A stretch of 37,978 nt of DNA. Source: Octopus bimaculoides (taxonomy: Eukaryota). Below are positions 13,351-26,701 of the stretch, piece by piece. The notes under the pieces are model-generated. The model was not told where the DNA came from. It searched no databases and was given only the letters and a program-made list of their open reading frames with translations. How positions within the stretch are numbered: the stretch's first letter is position 1; each line of letters opens with the position of its first letter. A program made the translations under genes and the position numbers. Location of the stretch: positions 29,622,948 through 29,660,925 of the forward strand of contig NC_068995.1 in assembly GCF_001194135.2 (NCBI RefSeq). Direction: 5' to 3'.

Positions 13351-13592
13351 TAGTGTTTCTCGACCATTTTTTACCTATGGACCCCATTGATTCCTATTTT
13401 ACTAAGGTGAGGGACCTTCATAGCCATTTGTTGTCTAAAAACTTCTATTATATTTTTAGGATTAAATATTATTAGAAATTGTATTAAAAATTGTTTAAAT
13501 ATTCTGTGTGTTGTAGAAATATACCAAGTTTCTTGCAACAAAATCTTATATGAACCCCCAGGGACCATATAGACCCCGGCTGAGAACCACTG
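13351..13592. mobile_element. hAT (Charlie-like) MITE
   Basis: TIRs TAGTGTTTCTCGACC / GGCTGAGAACCACTG. The 8-bp TSD is GTCTAAAC (13343-13350) / CTCTAAAC (13593-13600), fitting the NTCTARAN preference. Confidence 0.85.
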
Positions 13593-13954
13593 CTCTAAAC
13601 GCTTTTCAACTCTGAACTCCACTCAGTGTCAAACAGATAAATTCATGTCCGCCCCTGTAATCTAAACTAATGGAAGGATCAAATCAGGCGTCACTCACAT
13701 TTAATTAAAACCATCCAAGAACTAAGTTTTTTTCTCTCTTACCTTGATCTTCAAGTGAAGTTCAAAGAAAATGAAGAAAGAAAAACATAGGCCTTCAATG
13801 CCTTCACCTCAGCCAGACGTATCATAAGTTTCGTTAAATCTAATAAAGAGAGAAACATTGCCGGACCATTATCGAGTTACGATTTTATAATGGATCAGGC
13901 GGGCATACAAACTGACCCACTCTTATTCGGTATAAGCTTATTTGTACGGTAACC

Positions 13955-13957
13955 AGA

Positions 13958-14038
<81 letters not shown>
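13955..14038 (+). repeat. (GA)n microsatellite
   Basis: Direct inspection. Confidence 0.97.
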
Positions 14039-14039
<1 letters not shown>

Positions 14040-14565
14040 CTTAAATATTGATTGAGAAATTGGCTGAGTTTCTTACAAAATTTTCTGAAGTTCTTAGGCG
14101 AACCTAAGACAACTACATTGCTGTACCCATTCATTTAACGCATTCATTGACGCCACAAGCTAATAAACTGTACGCAATCCTGGAGCTAAATATTCTTCGT
14201 TAACAGATAGTCAACTTTTTCTTATTAATGACTATTCAATAACTTTTACATGACGCCCATTACTCATCCTCTCAATTCATCCCCTTTTGCTACTCTGCTT
14301 TCTACATTGCCAAATCAATGGAGGGTTGTTAATACCTAACAATATTCCAGAAACAAAATACTTGACCTTGGTCAATTCTTGATTCTTGGCTATCAAAAAA
14401 TTGTGGAACTTTTGATTCGCGAATTCATACAATCTCTTCTTTTCGATCGATTACCGTAACACGTCTGTACATAGATATCCAGCTCATTCGGATCCCTGAA
14501 GTGCATACCAATAGCAATCTTTTCTCATTTTTGCATAAATATAACTTTGAATCAGCGATCCTGCA

Positions 14566-15469
14566 AGAGTAACAGTTGGTTCGTCTGGGTAAATTTGACA
14601 GTTTGTGTAAAAGGAAAAGAAACCAATATCCCATCTAAAAATGAAAGTATTTTTAAAAATCAAAAAAATATCAACTAGATTATGGCTGAGAGATAAGGTT
14701 ACTCAAAGTAGTCGCCCTTAGCTTTTATCACGACCACAAGATTGCTCCGGAAAATGGCGCATGTGTTCCTGACTGAGTCCCTGGGAACATCTTCAAATAC
14801 CTTCTTGATCTTGGACACTAGCTCAGTTTTGGCGTTGCAGGCAGAGCAGTTCGTTCTTTCCCAACCGCGTCCTACACATAGTAATCCATGGGAATACAAT
14901 CGGAGGAAATTAGGAGGCCAGAAATTGGAGCTGGTGAAGTTGTAAGAATTTTCTGCCAACCACTTCTGACTCTTTCTGGAGATGTGAGAAGGAGCCGAAT
15001 TCTGCTGCGACACATATGACCTCTCTAGCCAGGGACTGACCAGTCTCCAGCACCTGTATATAGCTGTTTAAATTGAGCCTAAGATCCTATTCAAACATAT
15101 GAGGATAAATTCCGGCGCACGGACCCAGTCAGAATAACTGATATGTCTCTACCTGTTGGCCACCGCTTCGTGGTCTTCTTCGCAGCTGTCCATGTCACGT
15201 CTGACAGCATTTACAGTGTTCACAGAGTACTGAGCAGCAGTCATTATGTCGACATTTTGATAAGTGGTACGAATCATCATGATACAGGTAACTGTTTTCC
15301 AATCTTCAAACAGCTTCCAGTTCTCTATGTCAGATAACTTTTTCTCAACTACAACTTTAATCTTCATGCTCTTAAGCGCCGTAGACTGTTCAACAATACA
15401 TCATGCTGTTACTAATAAAAGAAAAAGGAACCATAAAAAAATCGTCAAATTTAGCCCGAACACCCTGTA
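14566..15469 (-). pseudogene. Internally deleted Tc1/mariner DD37D (maT-like) transposon
   Basis: Right TIR reads TA-CAGGGTGTTCGGGCTAAATTTGAC on the minus strand, with a degenerate left TIR near 14566-14600. QQNSAP to PMD spacing is 37 aa after correcting one frameshift, and the C-terminus is KGDYFE. The N-terminal part is joined directly to the catalytic region. Confidence 0.82.
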
Positions 15470-17319
15470 GTATAGCACCAAATCAAAGCCTAATATTTTG
15501 GACAGCGTTTATCGGAATAGCCCTCCTTATCATTGAACAAATTAGAATAGTTTCAATGGAGGACTCCAAAGCAGACGCTATGTGTTAGTAGTAATCTGAC
15601 TCCCCCACCACACCAACACGTGATTTGTGAAACTGGCAATGTCAGTATAACTAGGAACAAAGTCGACATAAATGGTCAGGAATCAGAAAACAGACATGCC
15701 TACCTCACTTCTATAGCCGTTTTCTAGAAACCCTCGTAATTCAAGTTTAATTGAAGATCTCTCGTCACCCGTTTCTCAAAGACATGAATATGCTAATAAA
15801 TAAGAAATAGCTATTTCGTTATAACATGCATGATAGCTCTTGGTTTTGATACATGTATTAATACTATGTGGGGAGCGGAGGGGGTGTTTGTGTGTGTTTG
15901 TGTGTATCTGTGTGAGCGCGCGTGCGCGTGTACTCTCGCTGAGGAATTTAAGCAAAATGTAAGCTTAGATCGGATAAATTGTTTGTTGGTTTTATTTTGC
16001 CTGAAACTAGTTAAAAGTAATTAATTATTGTGAAAATGTTCTAGACAGTTAGTAAAGTAAGAAAACAAACAACATACAAAAACAAGACATTGAGATTGTA
16101 AACGTACTTTGCATTGAATTAACTCTATAACGAGAAAATGAGGGAAACTACGTGGCCAGTCGACTTGGTATCGACTCAAATCATACCCCATCGACTTAAA
16201 AAAAGTAGAATGAACATATTGGTTGATGTGTTCCTCGATACACTGCATTTGAGGGGGAAAAAAGGCAGTTGGATCATAGCTGTTAGCTCTTTGATCATAT
16301 ACCACCTAGCTCATGGCTTGTTTGGGTTTAAACAGTAACACTATAAAACTGAGTGACTAATTTGTCTTGATGATCACTTTAAAATTAACACCCAGCCGAG
16401 TCTGCCGCCTAGTCTCAATTCTTGCATGTTGACTCTTGCATAGCCCTTGTGAGTGAAATTATTATGCAATTAACCATGTTAATCGAGTTCTCTAAGAAAA
16501 ATTTAAATTACAAATTTCAATATAAGAAATAAAGTATTATGGCTATATTACACATTTACAGATTATTGATATTATGCCCTCTGTAAATGTGTAACAGAGC
16601 CACAATACTTAGAAACACTTGATTATTTTTCTACTCAGTACATTTTGTGTATTCATAATATATTTGCAGCGGATCTCTCCTGATAAAAAGAAGACAGTAC
16701 ATGTAATCCAGCAAAGTGAACTGGCACCTAGATATTTCATTTATGGCTGCATTGAGTTGATTCTACTCAACCAATCAATGGTTGGCACGATGCAATATTA
16801 ACTAGCATACTTAATCACTGACAGAGATAGCAGCGGTTACTGACATGTTATGTTAACCAACACGCCTATTAACAAACAGTAGTAGCAGTATCAGCTGTAG
16901 TTGGCACGGCCATATCCAAGAGACCTACATCTCGCCACTTATATGAAAAAAGCTATGCAATAGAACAACAGCAACCGACGTCCTTTGCAAACAATTTTTA
17001 CAATAAAAAACTTAGTTTTTGCAGTCAGCAGCCCTTCAAATTCCATTATATAAATATAACTGCACAAGAAGTTTCTAAATGAGAACTATAATACATTTTC
17101 CGGCTTGCTTGATTTTATAGAAAGTACTTTATAACGTGAGTATACGTACATTTTATACACACGTCTACTGTAGACTCACGTACGTCTATATACACGCATC
17201 AGCCACATTACGAAAATGTTGCTGTGAGACCTAATTGTCTGATCCAGAAACAGATATCAGAAGCATAAGAAAGATTTGTTGAGAGTAAAGGAACAGCTAA
17301 TGTGTATATTTGGAGGTAC

Positions 17320-17870
17320 ATCATTGAAAAAGCAACGTATCTACAAGACCCGTACCAATGTTTCATTAATTACACAAAAGCCTTTGATATCTTGAAGAGA
17401 TCATTAAAACCTTAGAAAATATAAATGAAGACAGAAAAGACTTACAAATTTTCAGAAACATAAATTAGCAATCAGAAATGAAAATAAAATAGGACAGTAT
17501 GAGACATTGAGGAAACGAAAACGAAAAGGATGGGTGTGTTATCACCAAACCTGCATTTATTATACAACGAACTAATTATGCGATCTATTGACTATCTACC
17601 ACTTATACAGAGAGAAGGACAAAACGTCAACAATACCTGATATGCAGGCGATAAATAGCTACAATAAAGATCTATATGTATTAGTTAGCACTATTAATGA
17701 TGAGAGAGAAAACATGGGCAGAGGTCCGAAATTAGCAGGATATGAAAGAAAATATTACCAATTGGTAACAAAATACTTAATTAAACAACTCGTTAGTTTT
17801 AAATATTTGGGAACCATCATAACATCAGATGAGAAAAACTTCAAATCAAGTCAAGAATTAAATAATTCAA
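17320..17870 (+). mobile_element. Highly decayed RTE-like LINE RT fragment
   Basis: IIEK..QCFINYTKAFD, GCVLSP-like, and KQLVSFKYLGTIITSD motifs occur in the expected order. Confidence 0.6.
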
Positions 17871-19095
17871 GGTTGTTTTTTTAAGATCAAACATATATTC
17901 TCTACAGACAGTAGACCGCGAAATGAAAATCACAAGAGCTGAGGAAACCCATGGGATGTCCTTTCTCATCATTCTTAGATGTGTTGCAGAGCATATTGAA
18001 GAATTGTCATTTGTGGATGAGGTTGTGGTACCATTAATGAGGGCTTTCGTGTATGAGTCAGGAAAAGTAGTTTGAAAGAAGAGCGAGAACGCTTGAAATA
18101 GTAGAGTCATATGAAGTTTAAAGTGAAGAAAAGCAGCAGTGGGCCCCTCGGGAAAGATAAGGTGATGGGAAAGCCATTTCAGGTAAATAATGAATGCATT
18201 CTATGGGTTTTTAAAAAGAAAGTGAAGAGTCTGGTACGTTGGTAGAAGTCCAACCTGAATGACAGGCATTTTGTGGTATAAAGATCTAGGAGCAAGTGAA
18301 CAAGTGGCTTAGGCGGATAAAACATTGATTACTGGAAAGGCAAAGTTTTGGTGCTGTCAGTTTGGACTGTAACCAAGATTTATGTGGTAGCTGCTTAAGT
18401 ATGAGTCAGCAGTTACAAGTGTTAAACGCGTGCAACAAAAACTAAATATTTATTTTAACACATGACTGGGAGTGCCAAGAACATTGTCCGTTGTAGTTCT
18501 CTTTATTCCTTCTGTCTGGAAATTGCGATTTCTTCTGACATCAGTGGTCGAAAGCGTGAAAAGTATTCTTGGTTATGATGATGACTACTCAAAACTGTGA
18601 GTTCACTAAAACCCTTTTCTACAGCTACATAACTATTATTAAGGTGCTGTGTAGCAAAATAGTAAAACTGCGGATAATATACATTGCGGTATCTAGTTAT
18701 TGTCTTTATGTTCTAAGTTTAAATCCCACTGAGATGAATTTTTCCTTTCATCCTTCTGTGACTGACAGAATAAGAATCCCTCTAATACAGACTCCGATAT
18801 AATTAACAGTTTCTTCCTCCCCGAATGTCCATCCTTTCACATATTATAAATTATTTTTGACTTATTTTAGTAATTTGTTTTTTGTACTGTTTTCTCATCA
18901 GTTATGCTTGGAGCAAATAAAAAAGGGCGTTTATTGGTAAGTCTTGTGGATTGGCAGAATCGTTAGAGCATCCGACAAGATGCCTTAGAGCATTTCTTGC
19001 AGTTCATTAAATTGTCTTTGGTTATCGTCTTCTTGTTTGAGCACTCTTCATATTAAGCTATTAAGCAACGTTCTTTGTTCGTGTCATTTTGTCGC

Positions 19096-19146
<51 letters not shown>

Positions 19147-19278
19147 NNNNNNNNNNNNNNNNNNNNNNNNNNNNNNNNNNNNNNNNNNNNNNNNNNNNNN
19201 NNNNNNNNNNNNNNNNNNNNNNNNNNNNNNNNNNNNNNNNNNNNNNNNNNNNNNNNNNNNNNNNNNNNNNNNNNNNNN

Positions 19279-19418
19279 TATTTGTAATACGATGTCAAAA
19301 TTTTCGTAGCTCGAAACTGCCACCTGTTCACTGACAAAAAATGTGCTGCATCAGAATTTTTGTCCGTATTCAGGTCATAATTTCGAGTGACAAATATTTT
19401 GACATCGTATTACAAATA
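19279..19418. repeat. ~140 bp inverted-repeat (MITE-like) element, left edge at an assembly gap
   Basis: Perfect 22-bp inverted repeat TATTTGTAATACGATGTCAAAA / TTTTGACATCGTATTACAAATA. Confidence 0.7.
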
Positions 19419-20010
19419 AATATTTATGTGGAGTTAATGGTAATCGTGTGTTTCTGAATGGCTAACTTATGTCTTCCACGCTGCAATCGCTTTAGTTTCA
19501 ACACACCACCCCAGATAAAAATTTGTGCATAATCAGCTCGTTCTTCATAACTAATTTTCTTTTTGACACTGCATGTAGTCTGCACGTTCCTCCGTAGTAC
19601 TGTGAGTTTTTATCCGTTGGTTCGTCTTGTCATTCTTCTCCTTCGTCTTTATCTAACTACTCCAATTCTCCGAGTGTGTTCCATAATCAAAAGTGTTTTA
19701 ATGTGAAATGAAAATGAATTGGTTGTGCAAAAAAATTTACAGAAAGATAATAAAATATAAGAAAAGATAAAAAGAAACTGCAATACCTTCCTTGCTGCCT
19801 TACCGTCCGCTGCCCCCAGAAAGTGAAAGTGAAAGTGAAAGTGTTTTCCTTCGCACAAAGCTGAAAGTGTTCTAGAAAATGAAATCATTATAGAACAAGT
19901 GTTTTCCTAAAAAATGAAATTATGAACGAATTTAAGAAAGTATGATTCATACCCATACACACTCTCATATACACAGAAATTGTTTCCTCAATATTTTAAC
20001 AATCATAACG

Positions 20011-20202
20011 CGACGAGCTGGCAGAGTTGTTAGCACGTATTTCGTCCGTCTTTACGTTTCGATTTCAAATTCCGCCGAGGTCGACTTTGCCTTTTACCCT
20101 TTCGGGATCGATAAATTAAATAACAGTTGAGACTTGGGGTCGATGTAAACGACTTATCCCCTCTCCTGAACATGCTGTCCTTGTGCCAAAATTTGAAGGC
20201 AA
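20011..20202 (+). mobile_element. SINE family A copy with head
   Basis: GAGCTGGCAGAGTTGTTAGCAC head, then TTCAAATTCCGCCGAGGTCGACTTTGCC and the 3' GTGCCAAAATTTGAA. Confidence 0.8.
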
Positions 20203-20399
20203 TATTTTAAAAGACTTCACAATAAAGCCAATACTCGTTTATCATACAGACACTCCACGAAAGGGAGCGAGATATAAAGGTATATCTGCCTGACATATGG
20301 CAATCAAAGAAAGAGACTGGGGTAACAAAAGAAATGTTCACGTACTGATTTGTTTCATACTTTTGCCCAGTATGAAAAAGATATTGCGAAACACATAAT

Positions 20400-20765
20400 G
20401 TTGCACCTGAGCATTGTTGTGGGGTTGATAATATTCAGAACCTTGACATCTTTCAGACCTTCATCTTTGTCGAAGTAGTTTATCTATCATCAAACATTAT
20501 TTTCTTAGGCCAACCTTAGTTTGAGTAAGAAAATACATTAGTGGGCACTTCCTAATTTGGGTCCGTTTATCAATGCAAAGAAGACTTAATACATGACTAT
20601 CAGCGAAGATAAAATCAATCTATCCATTTACAGCAACAATGGCACACAACACACGGTTAGTAACTTCAAGTACCTTGGATACTGTGTTACTAACGATAAG
20701 AAAGACTTTCTTATATGCAATGGACTAAACTAGAGTGCCTGCAACAAGTGTAAACATGAGTAGAC
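20400..20765 (+). mobile_element. Decayed LINE RT fragment (RTE/RTE-X-like)
   Basis: FINAKKT*YMT ... VSNFKYLGYCV..KKDF ... ACNK resembles the LINE RT domain 6-7 region. Confidence 0.55.
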
Positions 20766-20807
20766 GGATGTGTGTTTTCAGTCCTGCTAGGGACTTACAC
20801 GTTTTTA

Positions 20808-22710
20808 TACAGATGTGGAAACGACGGATGCTTCTGGCATACATCCCATCGCTGTAGGCAATGTCTTCTGGAGGTTCGCGTCTAAAGTCATCTGCTGGTC
20901 TGTCGCACCTGAACTAGGCGAGGATCTCATCCTGGTGCCGCTGGGGTTCGTATGAGCAGCGGGTGAGGGGAAGCCGCCGACACCATAGTTGTTCAATGAC
21001 TGATCTCCCGAGCGGATACCAAGTGATTCCAGACATCACGTTGTTAAGCTTGACATGAAAAATGCCTTCAATGCCTGCCTCAACCACTCCCCATTTGCCT
21101 ACCCGCTGGCTTACTTGTCATACAGGTCTCTGAGTAGGCTCCTCACTGCCGATAATGTCATACCATCTTCGATTGGCGTTCAAGAGGGCGATCCATTGGG
21201 ACTTCCTTTCTCCGTTCTTGGGATGGACGGCGTTGCTCGGAGCATCACGGCTCCTTTCAAAGTCTGGTACTGGACGATGCAATGATAGGTGGGCCTGCAG
21301 AAAGTGTCTGTCACATCTCCGATCAGTGGTTCCTGCTCTGGCGAGAATCGACCGCGAGATTAACTCATCCTAGTTGAATATCCGTCTCTGATGTGCAATC
21401 ATTACTCCACCAAGTGCAGATGTCCTGGAAAGAGGACGCCCTTATCCTTGGTTCACTGATCCTTTCGCCTACCATTTGCTCCACCCTCAGGTCCATGCTT
21501 CGCTAGATCGAAACTCTGACGAGCAGATTGAACCTGATCGACATCCATCCGATATTCTGCCTGTTATGGAACTGCCTCGCTTTGCTGAAGTTTCTATATA
21601 CCTTCCGTAGTGCCCCTTGCTACAGCCACGCATCTCTCCTCACAGATCTCGACGCCTGTATCCTACGGTTCTCTGAGGAGATATGCAACATCTGACTCGA
21701 AGTTACTGAGTGGCATTAGACCACCTTACACGTCAGATATTGCGGCCTCGGCTTCGATCTACGGTCTCACTAGCCCAACCGGCATTTCTTTCGTCGGTGA
21801 CTTCTTGCAAGGTCTTCAACAACAGGATTCTCTACAACACAACTGAACCTGCTGTGTTTGGGGAGTGAAAAGTGGACTACGTGTCATGAAGCCAGTTCAA
21901 CCTCTACCCAACGGACGTCCACAACACCCCCTCTGCTTTGTCCACGTCCGGTTCCTCTCAAAATAAATGGGACGCTATCCAGTGCAGCATGATGTCGGAT
22001 GAGCTGGTGCACAGTCTTGACCAGAACTCTCTGGCATGCTTCCAATCAGCATCCCGGCCCCACAGTGATATCTGCCTCAATGCAATGCTATCACTCTCAA
22101 CTGACACTCGGTTGGATAGCGATTGTTTGTGCATCGGTGTTTCCTTAGGTTTAGATCTGTGAGCCTCACAAATGCCGTTTCAGATCCAATGTGAACTCTT
22201 TCGGCCTCCATCCATTGTCATACCGTTATAGTACTGGTTGCCTTCTACACCATGCTGCTCTCAATGAGATTATAAAGCAGGCTTCCTTTTCAAGCTTGAG
22301 CCAGCAGGGCTGGACAGAGGAGACGGTAAAAGGCCTGACGGCATGGCAATTTTCCCGTTCCGCGGATGTAAGCCCCTCATCTTGGATGCCACTTGATGCA
22401 ACACCTTCTCCAGCGGCAATCTAGCGGCAGCCCAGGCTTCGTGAAGAAGGGCAAAATGTCAAAATATTGGCTGCTCTCTGACAAATTTGTGGTCCAGCTT
22501 GTAGCAGTGAAGATCTCCGACGTTCTTGCCTCCTTGATTACACCTCTTGTCAATGCTATCAGGGTGGACATGGGTATCCGCAAGTGCGAGCAGCGTCAGT
22601 CAGAGTGGCTGTTCTAGTGCCTCTCCTTCACCATCCTTCGGAGCAATGTTTTTTCCATTTTGACCGCAGGAGCCATGAGACAGACTGACAAGTCTTTGTA
22701 GTTATAGCTG
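20808..22710 (+). mobile_element. 5'-truncated CRE-like non-LTR retrotransposon remnant (RT + RLE)
   Basis: Across frameshifts: HPIAVGNVFWRFASKV, LLKLDMKNAFN, GVQEGDPLG, KVWYLDD-like, GLHPLS..HHAALNEII, GLDRGDGKRPDG..PF..KPLILDAT and KY. GC content is higher than in the flanks. Confidence 0.85.
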
Positions 22711-23338
22711 TTGCATATGGCGGCTGTGGTCAGTGGAAATTGACTTCAGAGGGACTATCGTTATTTTTCATCGCTTTCTACTTTTATTTTTATTTGTTTT
22801 TGCTTTTAAAGTAATCCTCTTTGGAATATCTATCAAAGAATGTACTGAACTCAAAGTAAAACAAACACTGTTTTATGAGCAATAAAAACACATAAATTAA
22901 TAGTTTGCCATATGATTTATACATTTTCCGTTGACACAAAATATTATCTGCTAACTTATTCTATCATTTTATGTTTATCCCTTCGTCTAATTCTCATCAA
23001 TTGTATTGACCAGTGAGTTTAAATCGTGGTTTACACTGTATTTACTATTTTCTATCTTTTCTTTCTTAGTTTTACTTGCGATATGCAAATATGCTCTTAT
23101 AAACACACCGACAGATTATAAGGTTATAAGTATAAATTCGTCATAAAACAAGTCTTCTGAAGTAAATGTATTCTATGCTGGATTCTGATGAGCTGACATT
23201 CGATTGCATCGATGTAATGATACATCTTGAGTCTATAGTTGAGTCTATAGAAAAATTACATCAATACACCAAAGCTGAAAATTTTAACTTAATTTTAAAA
23301 TTTCAAAAAGTGAAGCCAAATAGAAAAGCTCTATGCAC

Positions 23339-23340
<2 letters not shown>

Positions 23341-23395
<55 letters not shown>

Positions 23396-23425
23396 GTGCG
23401 TGTGTGTGTGTGTGCGTGTGTGTGT
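23341..23425 (+). repeat. (TG)n microsatellite; others at ~25268-25298, ~26102-26185 and ~33333-33450
   Basis: Direct inspection. Confidence 0.97.
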
Positions 23426-23575
23426 ACTTATTAGTTATTTACTTATTCATTTCCCCTTTATTCTTTTGTTCTCTTCATGCTATTTCTTGACCGGTTAACT
23501 TGAATTTGTGGTTTACGATATATATATTTTTTAAATATAATTTACTAATGAAATGATTACAACATCAACAAGAGG

Positions 23576-24846
23576 TACGAGATGCATTCCAGGTTTGAGA
23601 CTTTTTTAAAAGAGGCAGTTATCATTGTCGTAGATCTTTGTAATTCTAGTATAGCATTACTATCCATCTGCAAGCAGATTTTATTTTAAATTGGAGAAGG
23701 CTGTAACTTCATTTTAAACGCACCCTACTAAACGCTTCTTGTCACAGCTGACTAGTTTACAGAATGCGTCGGGACGTGAAGACAATTTGTTTGCTCACTA
23801 TGGAAATACAGTTTTGTGTTAAACTGGGGAAAATGCTACAAAAATATATGAAAAGCTCCAGACTGCTTATGTATTAGCTTGTATGAGCCTAGCATCTGTT
23901 TTTCACGGGCACAAGTGGTTCAAGGACAGTATAGAGATGAGAGATAGTGAGACGTGTAGGAGGAAGAAAGATGTCAGAACTTCAGAAGTAGCTGAGAAAA
24001 TTCACAATTTTCTGAATGCAAACTGTTGTGTGTCTATAAACACAATAAGAATGCAGTTTGGAGGTTTGAAGTTAGTGTGGAAACTGTACACAGAATTATT
24101 CATGAAGATCTGAACATGCGCCAACTTCGTGCAAAGTTTTCTCTCAGGGTGCTCAGTGACGAACGGAAGGAAAGATGCGTCGGTGACCACAGAGAGATAG
24201 TTAGATCATCACCTCCAATCCAAGTCTGATGAAAGCTGAATTTACGGTAATGATCCAGAGACCAAGAAACAGAGTGCCCAATGGCAACATTTTGGTTCCC
24301 CCAAACCCAAGAAAGCCAGGCAAAACAAGTCCACTGGGACGCTAATGATGATCCACTTTTTCGGCAGCAAGAGCGTCATCTACATCCACTAGATTCCCTC
24401 CAGACAAACGGTCAACAAAGAGTATTTTGTGGAGGGTTTGAGAAAAGTTCAGGAAGAGATTTCAACGCAAAAGCCAGAGCTCATCCACTCGAGTCGGTGA
24501 AATCTGCACCAGGAAAATGCACCAGTCCACAATTCCATCCTGGTAACCAACTACTTGACCGAGATAAGCATCAACATTGTCCATCACCCTCCCTATAGTC
24601 CAGACCTTGCTTTCTGTGACTCTTGGTTGTTCCCCAAGCTCAGGGGCAGTCATGAGGTTGTGATAAGGCTCTTGGACACCTTCAATTTGGAGGACTTCCA
24701 TGGGGGATTTATGAACTGACTGGATCGCTAAAACAAGTGCATAGAAGTCAGAAGATCCTACTTTGAAGGAGATTATAGTTTTGTATTTCTTTTAAATTGA
24801 TAAATGTCTCTCGTGAAAAGGTCTCAAATTTTGAATATATTTTGTG
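23576..24846 (+). pseudogene. Near full-length mariner (DD34D) DNA transposon, decayed
   Basis: Terminal TA-CGAGATGCATTCCAGGTTTGAGACTTTT with a degenerate inverted copy near 24816-24846. Transposase motifs AKFSLRVL (WVP-like), DES*IYGNDPETKKQSAQW, HQENAP-34 aa-PPYSPDLAFCD and YFEGD. Confidence 0.9.
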
Positions 24847-25265
24847 GAATAAGGATTGCTTCAACAAACAAACTTTTTCTTGTTGTTGTAATAATACTGA
24901 CATGATGCATCATTTCAAAAGCAGGAGGCCACCTAGAAGTCACTAGCTAGGCGTTCCCGGCTTCCTTAGAGTGTCAGGAACTAACGAGATAAAACACTTG
25001 TTTGAAGATTTCGCTTGCAGACCGCTCACTCCGTAAATCACTAAAGCTCCAGCGATTATACTGTCGATGAATTAATGGTAGCATTATGTAATAGAACATG
25101 TTGTTCATTCCAAGGCGTTTTAACATCTAGTGCTATGAGGGAATCCTCCCCAGAGCACTGTGGGGGTAGTGAACAGGCGAACATGCAAAATACATGCATT
25201 GAGTATGTGTAGGTGATAGTGTTTACAACTCTAGCGCTGCTTCTAATTCATAATTGAATATATGA

Positions 25266-25298
<33 letters not shown>

Positions 25299-25749
25299 NN
25301 NNNNNNNNNNNNNNNNNNNNNNNNNNNNNNNNNNNNNNNNNNNNNNNNNNNNNNNNNNNNNNNNNNNNNNNNNNNNNNNNNNNNNNNNNNNNNNNNNNNN
25401 NNNNNNNNNNNNNNNNNNNNNNNNNNNNNNNNNNNNNNNNNNNNNNNNNNNNNNNNNNNNNNNNNNNNNNNNNNNNNNNNNNNNNNNNNNNNNNNNNNNN
25501 NNNNNNNNNNNNNNNNNNNNNNNNNNNNNNNNNNNNNNNNNNNNNNNNNNNNNNNNNNNNNNNNNNNNNNNNNNNNNNNNNNNNNNNNNNNNNNNNNNNN
25601 NNNNNNNNNNNNNNNTGACTAAGGGTTCTTTAACTCCTATTTCTAACAATGCTGGTGCTCTTTGCCCTCTTGGTCACTTTTAATGATTGTGAATTTATAT
25701 ATATATAGGTACAGGCGTGGTTGTGTGGTAAGAAGCATGAGTTCCAAAT

Positions 25750-26095
25750 GTAAATGTATATACGTACACATATATGTGTGTGTGTGTGTTTGAGCGTATG
25801 TATGTATTAGATTGTTAAACAGAAATGTTGTTTTAGAATGAAGGATGATGTAAATAACAACAACGTGAATTGTTTAACCTGCTATCTCTTAAAATATTTC
25901 TCAGGCTTCACAGTTACGAAATTTGTAAATGCAGTATTTTTGGCTTCCATATTGTTGAAGCTTTTATTGCGGATAAAAGCACAAAATGCTTGAAAATATC
26001 AAGTGTTGGGGAAACGTCAAATGAGTTTGGAAGAAACTGCAAGATTTTGTAATTCAATTTTCAATACATAAATACAGTAAGAAGTGTGGAGTTCT
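25750..26095 (+). repeat. ~350 bp direct duplication, copy 1 (copy 2 at 31497-31858)
   Basis: Long identical runs with 31497-31858, a few substitutions and small indels. Confidence 0.9.
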
Positions 26096-26099
26096 GACA

Positions 26100-26158
<59 letters not shown>

Positions 26159-26341
26159 CATGTGTGTGCGTGCGTGTGTGTGTGTGTACTTCGATTAGAG
26201 GTTGTTTTAACCTCGTGAAAGGATGGTTTCATCCAAGGAAATACCGGTTCAATACCTAATATTTGGGGAAAATTAATTTCCTTTAAATAACAAGTATATA
26301 TATATAAACATATTTTATATTCGTATAAAAAAAGAAAAAGG

Positions 26342-26679
26342 AAATGGAGATTGGGAAGTTAATAATTGTTTATTATTAACAGCTTTTTAATCATCTTCAC
26401 TTACAGCCGCTTCAATTAATACTCAGTAAATATTAAGAAAATATTAAATTTATATCTATATGACCTGAGCACAATATCTTCAGAGGTAAATGAATCCATA
26501 AGCATATATAAAACACCCAAGAGTATATTTTTTGCCTCTGAAGATATTATGCTCAAGTCATATGAATATAAATTTAATGTTTACTTAATATTTACTGAGT
26601 ATTAATTGAAACAGCTGTAAATGAAGATGATTAATTTGCTGTTAATAATAAACAATTATTAACTTCTCAATCACCATTT
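26342..26679. mobile_element. ~340 bp foldback element with hammerhead-like cores in both arms
   Basis: Arms of ~150 bp surround a ~40-nt spacer (26491-26530). The right arm has CUGAAGA (26538-26544), helix II UAUUAUGCUCA/UGAGUAUUAAUU, GAAA (26608-26611), palindromic ACAGCUGU and A17 at 26619. Helix I is decayed, and the left arm has GAAG for GAAA. Confidence 0.75.
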
Positions 26680-26701
26680 TAATTTTCTTCCGAGATATAT
26701 A

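Noticed and set aside
17900-18300. Additional RT remnant downstream of the RTE fragment
   Set aside because: Only a vague resemblance (LSFVDEVV vs YADD). Too decayed to support.
19279-19418. The 140-bp inverted repeat as another hammerhead foldback
   Set aside because: No CUGANGA core on either strand, so it is kept as MITE-like.
23180-23295. Hammerhead-like CUGAUGA..GAAA
   Set aside because: No helix I, II or III pairing can be drawn.
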